Assembly (NCBI GenBank): GCA_000004695.1
Contig: CM000153.2
Location: forward strand, 4,480,001-4,544,000
DNA length: 64,000 nucleotides
Direction of reading: 5' to 3'
DNA from: Dictyostelium discoideum
Lineage: Eukaryota
The notes under the pieces are model-generated. The model did not search any database and had not been told where the DNA came from. It saw nothing but the letters and a program-made list of their open reading frames with translations. Shown here piece after piece: positions 1 to 17,294 of this stretch. A program made the translations under genes and the position numbers. Each line of letters opens with the position of its first letter. The first letter of the stretch is position 1.

Positions 1-268
1 TTCTCTTTTTTTTTTTTTAAAAAATAAAATAAAATAAGAAAGTAATGATAAAATAAAACAACAATAAATAAAAATTAATAAATAAAATAAAACCAGTTTT
101 TTTTTTTTTTTTTTTTTATAATACTAATAATACAACATCAACAAGAATAATCTGATAAATAATATCAATATTATACTTTAAAGTTTATTGTGTTTGATTT
201 AGAAAAAAAAAAAAAAAAAAAATAAATTTTAAATTGTAAAATTAGCAGAGTTTATTTGTAGTATTAAT

Positions 269-2353
269 TCAATTGTTAACAATGAATTCATTATAAGCTA
301 TAATTTCAAAAGTTCTTGGACCTTGTGGTAAATAAGGGAATGTAATATTGAACCCTTTTGGAATTGGACCAGTTGCAGTTAAACTCTTTTTGATTTGAAA
401 TTGTTCATTAATAGTTATAATTGATTTTGCCCAATTCTTTGGATTGTCTAATGTGAATGATGATGTAAAGAAACCAAGATTGTTACCATTTAAAAACAAT
501 GATTTGGTAACATTGTCATAGGATAAATTAAATTCAAGGTTTGTACAATTTTGTAAATTATTAATATCTAAATTTGTAAATTTATTTCCACTAAAGATAG
601 CACTAGTCGATGGTTGCAAATAATTACAAACAACACATGATGGTGCTTGACCACCAATTAAATTATTACTAATGTCAAAATCAATTGAACACCAAGTTTC
701 ATCGATTTGTCCAGTTAATAAATTATCACTAAGATATAAAGAAATATCTTTTGAAAATAAATTTGATGGGAAACTTGTTGGAATAATACCACCCATTTTG
801 TTATTTCTTAAATAAAGGATACTTAGTTTTTTATTGAATAAATTGAAATTTATTTCATTAAAGTTACCATTTTCAAACTTGCTATAATTGGGTTTTTTTT
901 TTTTTTGATATAAAAAAAAAAAGATATTAAAAAATGTCCACTGAAATTGAATTTTTAAAGGTTAAATACTTACAAAAAGGTTAATGTTGATGGTAAAGCA
1001 GAGAATGGGAATTCACCATTTACATTGAAAATATTTCCTGCATTTGGAATATATCTTTTTTTTTTTTTTTTTCCAAAAGTTATTAATTAGTAAAAAATTA
1101 TCTGGATCGAAAGTAATGATCGAGGACTACTTACATAGAAACATCTAAACTTTCATTATAGTTGGATAAATCAATAAGGCCAAGTGGAGTGTCAATTTGG
1201 TAATTAATAGCACTATTTTTATAATTAAATTAAATTAGAATAAAGATAAGTATCAATATTATAATTTTTTAAAAAACTTACAAGCCAGTGTTTTTATTAG
1301 TACTAATTGGAATTGAAGCCAATGCCACTGGGAATGGGTAAACAACAGAATTTGATGATGTTAAAGAGAATGAAGTTACATTTGCATATGTTGAAAAAGC
1401 AGAGAATGAGTTTGAATCTGTGCCCGGTAAAAGGGTAAGTTGTCTATTGTTTTTATTATAAATAATTAGTAAATATTAATTATTGTATTGTATAAAAAAA
1501 CAAAAAAAAAAAAGAAAAACATACAATAATTCCATTAGAATATTATTCATTGATGGGATGAAATGGGTGTATGCAAAGAAGTATTCAAATGATGTCGACG
1601 TTTCAAGTAAATCATTGATATAATTGATTTTATATTTTGGATTTAAAGTTTGGGTGATGAGAGAAAACTTTTTAACATTTAAAAGACTTGAGAAATAAAT
1701 GTTTAATGGGCCAGAAAGATAAACCTTTGTACTTAAAACTGGAATTGTAATTGATTTCCCAACACCAATATCAACATCAAATATCGAAGAATTACCATTA
1801 ATTAAAGAAATCGATTTTAATGATTGAGGGAATAATCCAATTAAAAAGTTTTTAGAAACTTTGAATCCATCGATATTTCTAAAGAGAGATTTTAAATATT
1901 AATTTTGTTAGTATATATATATATATATATATAATTTTTTTTATTCTAATTTTAATATCTTACAATGTATTAATTGATGAAAAGCATTGAAAATCAGATG
2001 GTGAAATTAAATTTTTATTTGTTTGGGTCGCTCTAATATTTACAACATTTTGTGCATCACAATTAACCAAAGCATTCATAGGAGTTAATGGTGAATTACA
2101 AAAGTCGTAAAGAAGAGTGTTTGAATTATAATAAAATTCCTGGTTGACATTAGAAATTTTATTAAAGAAATTGAAAGTACATTGATCTGTAAAATTTAAA
2201 TTTAAGAATAAAAATTAGATAAAAAAAAAAAAAAAAAAAATTAAAATAAAATAAAATTAAATACTTACATTCTGATGAAGAAAGGGAAAATACATCCCCA
2301 ATAAAAAATAACAGAACTGACAAAACAATAGAGAAAAGTTTGACTAAATTCAT
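269..2353 (-). CDS. LRR receptor-like family member, copy E. Multi-exon, with a signal peptide and extracellular LRRs only. The reading frame stops before the EGF and TM region.
   Basis: The minus ATG at 2353 opens exon 1 (MNLVKLFSIVLSVLLFFIGDVFSLSSSEC), which reads as a signal peptide and ends at a GTAAGT donor near 2271. Further LRR exons lie at about 1960-2180, 1540-1880, 1290-1440, 1140-1210 and 960-1060. The terminal ORF 269..796 carries LRR motifs (LSDNLLTGQIDETWCSIDFDISNNLIGGQAPSCVVC...TGPIPKGFNITFPYLPQGPRTFEIIAYNEFI) and then a stop. In the paralogs the protein continues with IPQIDSVIRYSDYF and the EGF modules. A 3-prime exon beyond the window start cannot be excluded. Confidence 0.5.
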
Positions 2354-2590
2354 TTTTTTTTTTTTTTTTTTTTTTTTACTCAATAAATGAAATAAAAAAC
2401 TTTAAGAACAAAAAACAGAAAAAAAAAATTTTCAAAAAAAATAGAAAAAAAAAAAAAAAAAAAAAATACCCTTTATTTCGGAATAAAAAAAAAAAATTCA
2501 AGAAAAAATTTTAAAGAGACGAACCATCTAATCTCTCAAAAGGAATGAAAACATTTTTATTGATGTGATTTCTTTTGAAATACTTTAAAA

Positions 2591-5205
2591 TTAAATACGA
2601 AAATAAGCATTAATATTATAATTGGGATTATTATTACTAAAATTATGGAGAAATGGTTTGTTACTGCTACTAAATTGATAGATATCACTCCCACCATTTT
2701 TACTTGAATCACTATTATTACTTTCATTACTACTATCACTACTATTATTACTATTACTATTACTATTACTATCTATTACTATTACTATTGCTATTACTAC
2801 TACTATTACTACTATTACTACTATTACTACAAATTTTATTTTGATTATACAAAGGATAATAATTACCCTCCATTTATGATTGTTTTGGATTACTAACAAT
2901 ATAGTGTTATTATTATTAATTGTACATATTATATCTGATGGTGGATAGCATTTAATTTCAAGTTGAGTATTTGAAATGATATCGCATGGTTTATTATTGA
3001 TGGTTACTGATAAATCTATAAATATTACCGAACCAACCATTTAATATTATAGAATACCAAGTTCAGTTTGTTGTAGTTGTTGTGAATTAACTTGATGATT
3101 TGGTGTTAAACACATTGAATCAATCCATTGATTTGTACAATTACACTGACCATTGATTTGATTACAAATACCTTGATTACATCCTAATCCATTATTACAT
3201 TCACATACACCATTTATATAATTACAGAAACTACCATTTTCATCATTACAATCTGATGAACATTTCAATGATCTTAATTCACATTGATAACCTCTCCATT
3301 CATTTGAAAAACAATCACAAACACCCTTCACATAACTATATTCACCACTATTTTTAGCACAATTTGGAATTGGACAATTACTACCATTACAAATTTGATT
3401 CAATTTGAAATTAAAACTATTCGATACATTCATAACTTGAACTAAACAATTAATTTCTTTATTATTATTTACAATACCACCACTATTACTACCTACTTGT
3501 ATCACTGTTACCTTATTATTGATGATTTTATTTGAATTATAAAGATAACATTGAATTTGATTGAAATTACTTGATAATACTAAACAAGGTTCGTTTGAGA
3601 TTAAAACATTGATAACCGTATTATTATATGCAAAGTTTTTACCATTGATAATGAAATAATCTGAATATCTAATAACTGAATCAATTTGTGGTATGAATTC
3701 ATTATAAGCTGTAATTTCAAAAGTTCTTGGACCTTGAGGTAAATATGGAAATGTAATATTGAATCCTTTTGGCATTGGTTGAGTTGAAAAGATATTATTT
3801 TTCAATTGGAATGCTCTATTTGGTGTTATAATAGCAGTTGCAAAATTTTTATCAAACAATGCATGATTGGCGATTTACCACTTATTAAATTATTTCTAAT
3901 GTTACTAACATCAAAATTAACTTCACACCACTATCATCCATTTCTCCAGTAATTTCATTATTATATAAATAATATTCACTATGGGAAATTTAACTTGGTA
4001 ATGGAGTTTTAATACTATTGTTTTGAAATTTTATATATTTAATATTTGTCAATTTTTCATTAATATTTTTAAATTTACCTAAATTTCCATTCTTAAATTC
4101 ACTCTATAAAAAAGATTTAATCATTAATAACTTTTAAATGATTTTAATACTTTTACAATTGGTTGAATATATTTACAGTAAAAACAAATTTTTTGGTAAT
4201 CCAGAAAATGGAAAATCACCATCAATATTGAATAATTTACCTGAACTATTAAATTAATAGAAAAAAAGTTATAAAAGGAGTTAATAAATATCTTGTTTCA
4301 TTTGGGGTAGGATCTCATTCAATACTTTAAATAACCTTTTAATTTAACCAAAACTTACATTGATACCTCATTTTCATAATTATTTGATAAATTAATAAAG
4401 GTAGGAGGCGTATCTATTTGATAAGTAATTGTACTTAATATATTGTTTTTTTTTTAAAAAAAGTTAAAATAATTGTAATAATAATAAAAAATAATGGAGA
4501 AAATAAATAAAAAATATTTACAGACCAGTATTTTTATTTCAGCTGGTATTTCACTTAAAGCAATAGGGAAGGGATATATTTGAGTTTTGTCTGAAGGTGT
4601 TATTGAAAATGCAATTACATTTGAAAATTTTGAAAAAATTGAAAATGAATATATATCAGCTCCACCTAAAAGTGTGAGTTGACTTTTTTTTATTAAAAAA
4701 TGTTTTTTTTTTAAATAATTATTAATATTTATAACATTGGGTAAAAAAAAAAAAAAAAAAAAAAATATATATATAAAAAATAATAAAAAAAAAAAAAATT
4801 TGTAAATACAAACAAAATAGATAAATTAATGTTTTTCACTGATGGTATATTATGAGAATATATGTTATAAATATTGAAAATGGCAGTCGTGGTATCATTC
4901 AAGTCATTTATAAAATTTATTTTATATTTTGGTTTTTGAGTTTGGTTTTTCAACTGAAATTTTTGAACATTTAAAAAACTTGAGAAATATATATTTAGTG
5001 GTCCAGAAAGGTACAATAATAAACTTAATGATTCTACTTGTATAATTTTATTGAACCCAATTTCCACATCAAATAATGATGAATTACCAATAAATAATGA
5101 CATACATGTTAAAGTATTTGGAAATTTTCCTATTAAAAAATTATTTTCAACTTTAAATAAATCTATATTACTGATTTATATTATTTACATATTAGATTTA
5201 TGTAT

Positions 5206-5241
<36 letters not shown>

Positions 5242-6110
5242 TTTTTTTTTTTTTTCAAAAACACTTACATAGAATTTAATGATGAAAAACATTGAAAATC
5301 AATTGGAGATGAACCATTCTAATACCTTCAACAGCTGTTGAACATTATCACAATAATTTATATAAATGATTTATTAGTTAAATAAAATTAGTTAAAAATA
5401 CTCGCCTAAATTATTGCTCATGTTTTATCAGAATCTTGTAATAGAAAAATAAAATAAAATTAAATAAATAAATATATATAAATAAAAATAAAGTAATAAG
5501 TTGATGTTATCGACAATATCTAAAATTTATTATACATGTTTTTTTATTATTGAAAATTTTTACTTATTATATTTGAGATTTAAAATTATGTTTATGAGTT
5601 TTTCAATCGACATTAAAAACTCACCACGTGACTTTTTCCCACCTAGGTGAGAAAAGTCTAATTATATAAACATAAATTATTTTAGTTTGTGAGCGAGATT
5701 GTATCTAATTTAAAATCTTGATAAAACATAATTTTATTGTAACAATTTAATTATTACATAATTATATTACAACAAACAGCTCCCTTGTTATTACATATGA
5801 AATGGTTATATGGATCAAGTGCTACAGCACTACAAAAACTATATCCATTGAATGTTGTATCCAATGGGTGCTCTTTAGAAGCCTGATTAATTTTATTAAA
5901 TAAATGTAATGTACAATTATCTTTTTACAAATGAAAAGGATTGTTGAGATTATTAATTTTCTACTCAAAAAAAAAAAAAAAAAAAAAAAAATTAATTACA
6001 AACTTACACTCTGATTCAATGAGTTGATTTTGTGAATTAACTAAATTTTTATTTTGACATATTATAAATAAAAGTAAAAGAATAATACTATTTAAAACTC
6101 CCATGTTCAT
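2591..6110 (-). pseudogene. LRR-EGF-TM receptor-like family member, copy D, disrupted.
   Basis: The minus ATG at 6110 gives MNMGVLNSIILLLLFIICQNKNLVNSQNQLIESEC, a signal peptide. The EGF-module ORF 3047..3859 is nearly identical to copy C. The TM-containing C-terminal part 2591..3040 is in a different frame, so there is a frameshift at about 3040-3047. The LRR region around 3860-3960 shows a further frameshift and deletion (TGEMDDSGVKLILMLVTLEII then stop, against TGEMDDSWCSITFDISNNLIGGKAPS in the intact copies). Exon 2 is split by a roughly 440 bp insertion at 5337-5774, and an in-frame stop sits at about 5310. Confidence 0.6.
5337..5774. mobile_element. Candidate non-autonomous DNA transposon (MITE-like) inserted into exon 2 of copy D.
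   Basis: The insert is flanked by a 7 bp direct repeat AACAGCT at 5330-5336 and 5775-5781. Its ends are imperfect inverted repeats: the left end reads GTTGAACATTATCACAATAATT, and the reverse complement of the right end reads TGTTGTAATATAATTATGTAATAATT. Inside is a near-perfect 29 bp palindrome GACTTTTTCCCACCTAGGTGAGAAAAGTC at 5630-5658, next to a CACGTG palindrome. Homologous exon-2 sequence in copies A, B and C is uninterrupted. Confidence 0.35.
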
Positions 6111-6595
6111 TATAAAAAAAAAAAAAAATAAATAAATAAAAATAAAAAAAAAAATAAAAAAAATAATAACAATAAATAGATTTTTTACAAAACCATAAAA
6201 AAACCAAAAATAAAAAAAAAAAAAAAAAAAACCAGATCGATAGTTTTGATATTTTTACAATTTTTTTAAATTAATGTGGCAAATAAAAATTTTATTTTAT
6301 TTTATTTTATTTTGTTTTTTTTTTAAAAAATGTTAATATTCTTTTTTTTTTTTTTTTTGGGTGAACCCCTAAATTATTGTTGGCAGATATTTAGTATTTT
6401 ATTATAATTTTTTTTTTTTTTTTTTTTTAAATCCCTATCATTTAGATTTAAAACACACATTTTATTTTAAAATTTACTTTTTATAAATAAAATTTTTTTT
6501 TTATTATTTTTCATTATTATTATTATTATTATTATTATAATTATTATTATCTTATTATTATTATTATTTATTATTATTATTACAATTTCAATGCA

Positions 6596-7325
6596 TTAAA
6601 TGATATAATGAAAATAATTATTGATATCCATTGTTGATTCATAGTATTTTTCATTTTCTTTCCATTCCAATACATTAAATGATTTCAATTCTCGAAGTTG
6701 TTGTTGAGAAATTGATGGCTGATTAATTTTTTTAATTTTAAAATTATTGCCTAATCCCAATAACATTAAGTCCGATTTACTAACTCTACCAATTGTTATT
6801 TTTTCATTTGCAATTGACATCAAAGAAATATTGGATAAACTTACAAACGGTAATTTTTTTTTTATTATTAAAATTTAAAAATCATATTAATTTAAAATTA
6901 ATACAATTAAGTAATACAAGTAGATTTATATGCACTTGAAAATAATTTTAATTGTAGATTGGATACACTTGAAAATAATTTTATTAATATTAAAAAAGGT
7001 ATTATTTTACAATTATTATAAATATTTGTTTTTTACTTTATTTATTTATATATAATTTATTTACTGGATTTATTTTACTATCTATTCATTTATAGCAATT
7101 GCAAATGAAAAAATAACAATTAGTAGAGTTAGTAAATCGGACTTAATGTTATTGGGATTAGGCAATAATTTTAAAATTAAAAAAATTAATCAGCCATCAA
7201 TTTCTCAACAACAACTTCAAGAATAAAAATCATTTTATGTATTCGAATGTAAAGAAAATGAAAAATACTATAAATCCACAATGGATATCAATAATTATTT
7301 TCATTATATCATTGATCAAGAAATT
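6596..7325. repeat. Long-armed inverted repeat (foldback-type structure). Arms are about 230 bp at about 6596-6826 and 7095-7325, with a spacer of about 268 bp.
   Basis: Six-frame ORF 6596..6823 on the minus strand and the plus-strand stretch at about 7100-7320 translate to the same peptide (IANEKITI[GS]RVSKSDLMLLGLGNNFKIKKINQPSISQQQL...EKYY[EK]STMDINNYFHYII). The two arms are therefore reverse complements at roughly 90 percent identity. Identity stops at the palindromic GCAATTGC on the inner side. The outer ends share TTTCAAT...AATGATATAATGAAAATAATTATTG. The structure lies in the 1.5 kb intergenic region between copy D and copy C. It has no counterpart between copies A and B or between C and A. 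Confidence 0.6.
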
Positions 7326-7638
7326 GAAAATATTGAAAATATATACTTGTCTAATATTTCAAATCAACATACATATATTATGTTGAAAATCTTTCAAATA
7401 TCGAATTTGATAAAGTTTATCTTGGTTTTGAAGTTAAATCAACATAGCCGAATTAATTGCAATTACAAGAAAATCAAACGGTTGCACCCAATTCTCCAGG
7501 TTTCAACAAATTTTATTGATAATTATATATTTTCATTTGGGATAATGAAGGTAATGTAAATTGGGGTTTAAATTAAAAAAAAAAAAAAAGTTAAAAATAA
7601 AAACGTTTAAAACAAAATAATAGAGATGTGTATTATTT

Positions 7639-11127
<3,489 letters not shown>

Positions 11128-11400
11128 TCCAAAAAAAAAAATATGTAAAAAAAAAATATGCAAAAAAAAAAAAAATATGCAAAAAAAAAAAGAAGATCGA
11201 GAAAATAAAAAACCCCCAAAAAAACCGATAAAAAAATAAAAATATGCAAAAAAAAAAAAAAAAAAATAAAAAAATGAAGATCAAGGCAATGAAAAAGCGA
11301 CAAAAAAAAAAAACGATAAAAAAAAAAAACTACAAAAACATTTAGCATCTATAAGTCATTTAAAAAAAAAAAAAAAAAAAAAACTTCATTTAAGATTTTA

Positions 11401-13332
11401 TTAAAATTTAATATCTGTTTCTTCCAACTCTGTGAAATTTTTTTTATCTTTAAATATTTTTCTAGTTATTACTTTGCATTGATTACTTTTAATAACCAAA
11501 ACTAAAAGGATTATTAAAATTACAGATGGAATTAAAATTGATATTATAACTAAAATATTTTTTCTGGAAAATTTTGGATTTTGAGCATCCTCCTTATTTT
11601 CACCATTAATATCATTGCCACTACTATTACTACTATTACTACTACTACTACTACTACCATTATTAATACACACGCTAATACCATCTAAAGGTGTTGGGTT
11701 ATAAAATCCACTCCAATGAACATTGTTTTGAACAACTGATAATTCCAGATTATTATTATTATATTGGTAACAATAGATGTCTGATGGATAACATTCGACC
11801 ATATAGTCAGAATCTGCAACAATGTCACATTCTATTTGATTTACTTTAATAGTTAGATCATTTCGAAAAATTTCACTACCAAACCAACCATTTAATATTA
11901 ATAGATTACCAAGAGCACCTCGTTTAATTTCTTGTGAGGTAACCATAGTATTAGGTATATTACAATTTGAAGCAGTCCATTGAATAGTACAATTACATTG
12001 ACCAAATAAATAATCACAAATTCCACCATTACTACAACCTAATCCTTCATTACATAGTCTACCACTACAATCATCGAATATTCTATTTTCATTACATTCG
12101 CATTTACCATTAATATTATTACAAATACCACCACCATCATTATTACTACAATCTGATGAGCATTTCAATGGTTTTTGTTCACATTGATAACCTCTCCATT
12201 TATTGGAAAAACAATCACAGACTCCACTCTCTTTATTATATACACCTCCATTTTTTATATTACATACCGGAATTGGACAATTAATACCATTACAAATTTG
12301 ATTCAATTTGAAATTAAAACTATTCGATACATTCATAACTTGAACTAAACAATTAATTTCAATACTACTACTACTACTGCTGCTATCACTGTTACTATTA
12401 TTATTGATGATTTTATTTGAATTATAAAGATAACATTGAATTTGATTGAAATTACTTGATAATACTAAACAAAGTTCGTTTGAGATTAAAACATTGATAA
12501 CCGTATTATTATATGCAAAGTATTTACCATTGATAATGAAATAATCTGAATATCTAATAACTGAATCAATTTGTGGTATGAATTCATTATAAGCTGTAAT
12601 TTCAAAAGTTCTTGAACCTTGTGGTAAATATGGAAATGTAATATTGAATCCTTTTGGCATTGGACCAGTTACTCTATTATTCTTTGTAATTTCAAATAAT
12701 GTATTTTCAATTTTAATATTTTCTGCCCAAATATTTGGATTATCTAATTTGAATGATATACCAAAACCAAGATCTCTACCATATAGCATCAATGATTTAG
12801 TTTGATTATCATATGATAGATTTAGTTCAATAGTAGTACAATCTTCTAAATGGTTAATATCTAAATTTGTGAATCTATTACCATTAACAATTGCACTAGT
12901 AATTGGATTAAGGTAATGACAAACTACACATGATGGTGCTTTACCACCAATTAAATTATTACTAATATCGAAAGTTATTGAACACCAACTATCATCCATT
13001 TCACCTGTTAATTTATTATCATTTAAATATAACTCAAGTAAAACATCCATTGATTTAATAAAAGATGATGTTGGTAATTTACTGGTTAAACCATTAAATG
13101 ATAAATCTATTATATTTGTTTTCTCTTTGAAAATATTAAAATTGATTACACTTATATTTCCATTTTTCAATTGACTTTTGAAAAAAAAAAAATTAGTATA
13201 CTATTATTATATTTATCTTGTGTTTTAATTATTATTATTTTAAAATAGTTACAATGTATTTAAATTTGGTGGTAACACTGAAAATGGAAAGTTACCATTA
13301 ATATTGAATAAATTACCTGCCTTTGCAATATA

Positions 13333-13384
<52 letters not shown>

Positions 13385-13524
13385 AGGTAAATAAATATAG
13401 GCCTTAAAATATATATATAAAGAATAAAAACATACATTGCCGAATCATCAGGGTAATTTGAGAAGTCTATATAATCAATTGGTTTTTCAATTTGATACTC
13501 AATCGAACTATTATTTAATTAGTA

Positions 13525-13567
<43 letters not shown>

Positions 13568-14613
13568 TAATTAATAATAAATTAATTAATAATTAATAAT
13601 TAATAATTAATAATAATACTTACAAACCAGTATTTTTATTAATAGAAATTGGTATTTTAGTTAAGGCTATTGGAAATGGGTAGATATGTGATGGATCTGC
13701 TGATTTCAAGTTTAAACCTTCAATTTTTGAATAAGTTGAAAAATTAGAAAATGAATTTATGTCTGTACCTGGCAACAGAATAAATTGTCTAAATTATATA
13801 AATTAATACTGTCATTAATATCATTTTGGAAATATATAATTTAAAAACTATTATAAAATAAATAAAATAAATAAATAAAAATTTATGTACATACAATGTC
13901 ATGCCTTTAAAGTTATCCATGGATGGTATAGAGTGTGTGTATATTTGAAAAATTCGAAAATATTGGTTATCTGTTATTATGGAATGATCATTTATATCAT
14001 TTATATATTTGATTTTATATTTTGGTGCTAATGTTTGAGTTGAGAGAGAAAAATCTATTACATTCAAAAGATTTGATAAATAAATATTTAGAGGTCCTGA
14101 AAGGAATAATTTCACTGAAAGATTATTGAATGGTATTGTTTTATTTACACCACTATCAATATTAAATAATGTTGAATCACCATTAAGTAATGATACCATT
14201 TTCAATGATTCAGGAAATTTCCCTAATAAAAATTGATTTGTAACTCTGAATTTATCTATATTTCTATAATTTGATAAACATATGTTATTATTATTAGTTA
14301 TTAGTTATTATTATTAGTTATTATTATTAGTTATTATTATTAGTTATTATTATTAATATTTTTATTTTATAATGATATACATTGTATTTAAAGTTGAATA
14401 ACATTGAAAATGTTCAGGTGATAATAAATTTGCTTTATTTTTATGTGTTGCTCTTATATATATAACCGTTCTAGAAGTTTCATTGCAATGAATCACCATA
14501 TCCATTGGATGAATTGGAGTACCACAAAAATTATATCCATTGAATGAACTATCTATTCGATATTCAACAGATACTCGTGATATTATATTTAATAGTTTTA
14601 TTGTACAATTATC

Positions 14614-14681
<68 letters not shown>

Positions 14682-14850
14682 TTTTAAAAATACAATATAT
14701 TAGTTACAATATTAAAAAATTGGTCAATAAATAATTACAATGAATAAATAAATAAAAAATACTACATTCAGATTCAATGAGTGGATTTTGTGAATTTATT
14801 ATTTTCACTGAAAATATAAATAATAAAAGTAAAATTAATATTCCTCTCAT
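11401..14850 (-). CDS. LRR-EGF-TM receptor-like family member, copy A. Intact, about 8 exons.
   Basis: Exon 1 starts at the minus ATG 14850 and encodes MRGILILLLLFIFSVKIINSQNPLIESEC, with a GTATTT donor. Exon 2 lies at about 14400-14600 (DNCTIKLLNIISRVSVEYRIDSSFNGYNFCGTPIHPMDMVIHCNETSRTVIYIRATHKNKANLLSPEHFQCYSTLNTM). LRR exons follow at about 13870-14300, 13620-13790, 13440-13520 and 13255-13437 (GNFPFSVLPPNLNT). The terminal exon is 11401..13174, with acceptor TTCAAAAG and phase 1. It encodes LRRs, the conserved PKGFNITFPYLPQG block, four or more EGF-like modules (CDCFSNKWRGYQCE, CSSDCSNNDGGGICNNINGKCECN, CNEGLGCSNGGICDYLFGQCNC), a Ser-rich stalk, the TM segment ILVIISILIPSVILIILLVLVI and the tail KSNQCKVITRKIFKDKKNFTELEETDIKF. 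Confidence 0.6.
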
Positions 14851-15366
14851 AATTTTAAATATTTCTTTAATTGCATTTATCTAACATATTTTTTGTTTTA
14901 AAGTTTTTTTCTTTTCTTTTTCTATTTCTTTTTCTTTTTTAACGAATCATTTAAAATAAAAATAAATTTTACAAGTGTTTGCGTCTTTAGTCAAAAAAAA
15001 AAAAAAAAAATAAAAATAAAAATAAAAATAAAATAAAATTTAAAAAAATAAGTTTAGACCATTTTTTTTTTTTTTTTCAAAGAAACTAGTTTATAAAAAT
15101 GGTAAGGAAAATTACTTTTATTTATTTATTTTTTAAAAATTATATATTCCATCATAAATTTCTTTTTTTTTTGATTATTATTTCTTTTTTTTTTTTCAAC
15201 TTTTTTTTTTTTTTCAACTTTTTTTTTTTCCCAATTTGAAGATAATCCCAACTTTAAAAATTACATTGATACTGGTGCTTTTATTTTAATAATAAAAACA
15301 ATACAAATATCTTTTTTTAATTTTTTTAATTTTTTTTTTATTAATAAATAATCACAATATTAATTA

Positions 15367-17240
15367 TTAAAATTTAATATCTGTTTCTTCCAACTCTATG
15401 AAAATTTTTTTTTTATCTTTAAATGTGTTTCTAATTTTTACTTTGCATTGATTACTTTTAATAGCTAAAACTAAAAGGATTATTAAAATTACAGATGAAA
15501 TTAAAATTAATATTAAAATTAAAATATTTTTTCTGGAAAATTTTGGATTTTGAGCATCCTCCTTATTCTCACCATTAATACCATCGCTACTACTATTACT
15601 ACTATTACTACTACTACTACTACTACCATTATTAATACACACGCTAATACCATCTAAAGGTGTTGGGTTATAAAATCCACTCCAATGAACATTGTTTTGA
15701 ACAACTGATAATTCCAGATTATTATTATTATATTGGTAACAATAGATGTCTGACGGATAACATTCGACCATATAGTCAGAATCTGCAACAATGTCACATT
15801 CTATTTGATTTACTTTAATAGTTAGATCATTTCGAAAAATTTCACTACCAAACCAACCATTTAATATTAATAGATTACCAAGAGCACCTCGTTTAATATC
15901 TTGTGAGGTAACCATAGTATTAGGTATATTACAATTTGAAGCAGTCCATTGAATAGTACAATTACATTGACCAAATAAATAATCACAAATTCCACCATTA
16001 CTACAACCTAATCCTTCATTACATAGTCTACCACTACAATCATCGAATATTCTATTTTCATTACATTCGCATTTACCATTAATATTATTACAAATACCAC
16101 CACCATCATTATTACTACAATCTGATGAGCATTTCAATGGTTTTTGTTCACATTGATAACCTCTCCATTCATTTGAAAAACAATCACAAACTCCACTCTC
16201 TTTATTATATACACCTCCATTTTTTATATTACACACTGGAACTGGACAATTACTACCATTACAAATTTGATTCAATTTGAAATTAAAACTATTCGATACA
16301 TTCATAACTTGAACTAAACAATTAATTTCTTTATTATTATTTACAATACCACCACTATTACTACTACTTGTATCACTGTTACCATTATTATTATTGATGA
16401 TTTTATTTGAATTATAAAGATAACATTGAATTTGATTGAAATTACTTGATAATACTAAACAAGGTTCGTTTGAGATTAAAACATTGATAACCGTATTATT
16501 ATATGCAAAGTATTTACCATTGATAATGAAATAATCTGAATATCTAATAACTGAATCAATTTGTGGTATGAATTCATTATAAGCTGTAATTTCAAAAGTT
16601 CTTGAACCTTGTGGTAAATATGGAAATGTAATATTGAATCCTTTTGGCATTGGACCAGTTACTCTACTATTCTTTGTAATTTCAAATAATTTATTTCGAA
16701 TTTTTATATATTTTACCCATAAATTTGGATTATCAAATTTGAATGATTTACCAAAACCAAGATCTCTACCATATAGCATCAATGATTTAGTTTGATTATC
16801 ATATGATAGATTTAGTTCAATAGTAGTACAATCTTCTAAATGGTTAATATCTAAATTTGTGAATCTATTACCATTAACAATTGCACTAGTAATTGGATTA
16901 AGGTAATGACAAACTACACATGATGGTGCTTTACCACCAATTAAATTATTACTAATATCGAAAGTTATTGAACACCAACTATCATCCATTTCACCTGTTA
17001 ATTTATTATCATTTAAATATAACTCAAGTAAAACATCCATTGATTTAATAAAAGATGATGTTGGTAATTTACTGGTTAAACCATTAAATGATAAATCTAT
17101 TATATTTGTTTTCTCTTTGAAAATATTAAAATTGATTACACTTATATTTCCATTTTTCAATTGACTTTTGAAAAAAAAAAAATTAAAATAAAAAAAAAAT
17201 TAGTATTTTTATACTATTATTATATTTATCTTGTGTTTTA

Positions 17241-17294
<54 letters not shown>

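Noticed and set aside
5051-5272. Plus-strand 73-aa ORF.
   Set aside because: It lies inside an intron and exon of the minus-strand copy D pseudogene, and its second half is an (ATTT)n repeat.
6596-7559. 75-aa and 92-aa ORFs inside the inverted-repeat arms.
   Set aside because: The same peptide in both arms is a trivial consequence of the reverse-complement duplication. There is no domain similarity and the region is AT-rich. It is treated as a structural repeat, not as a CDS.
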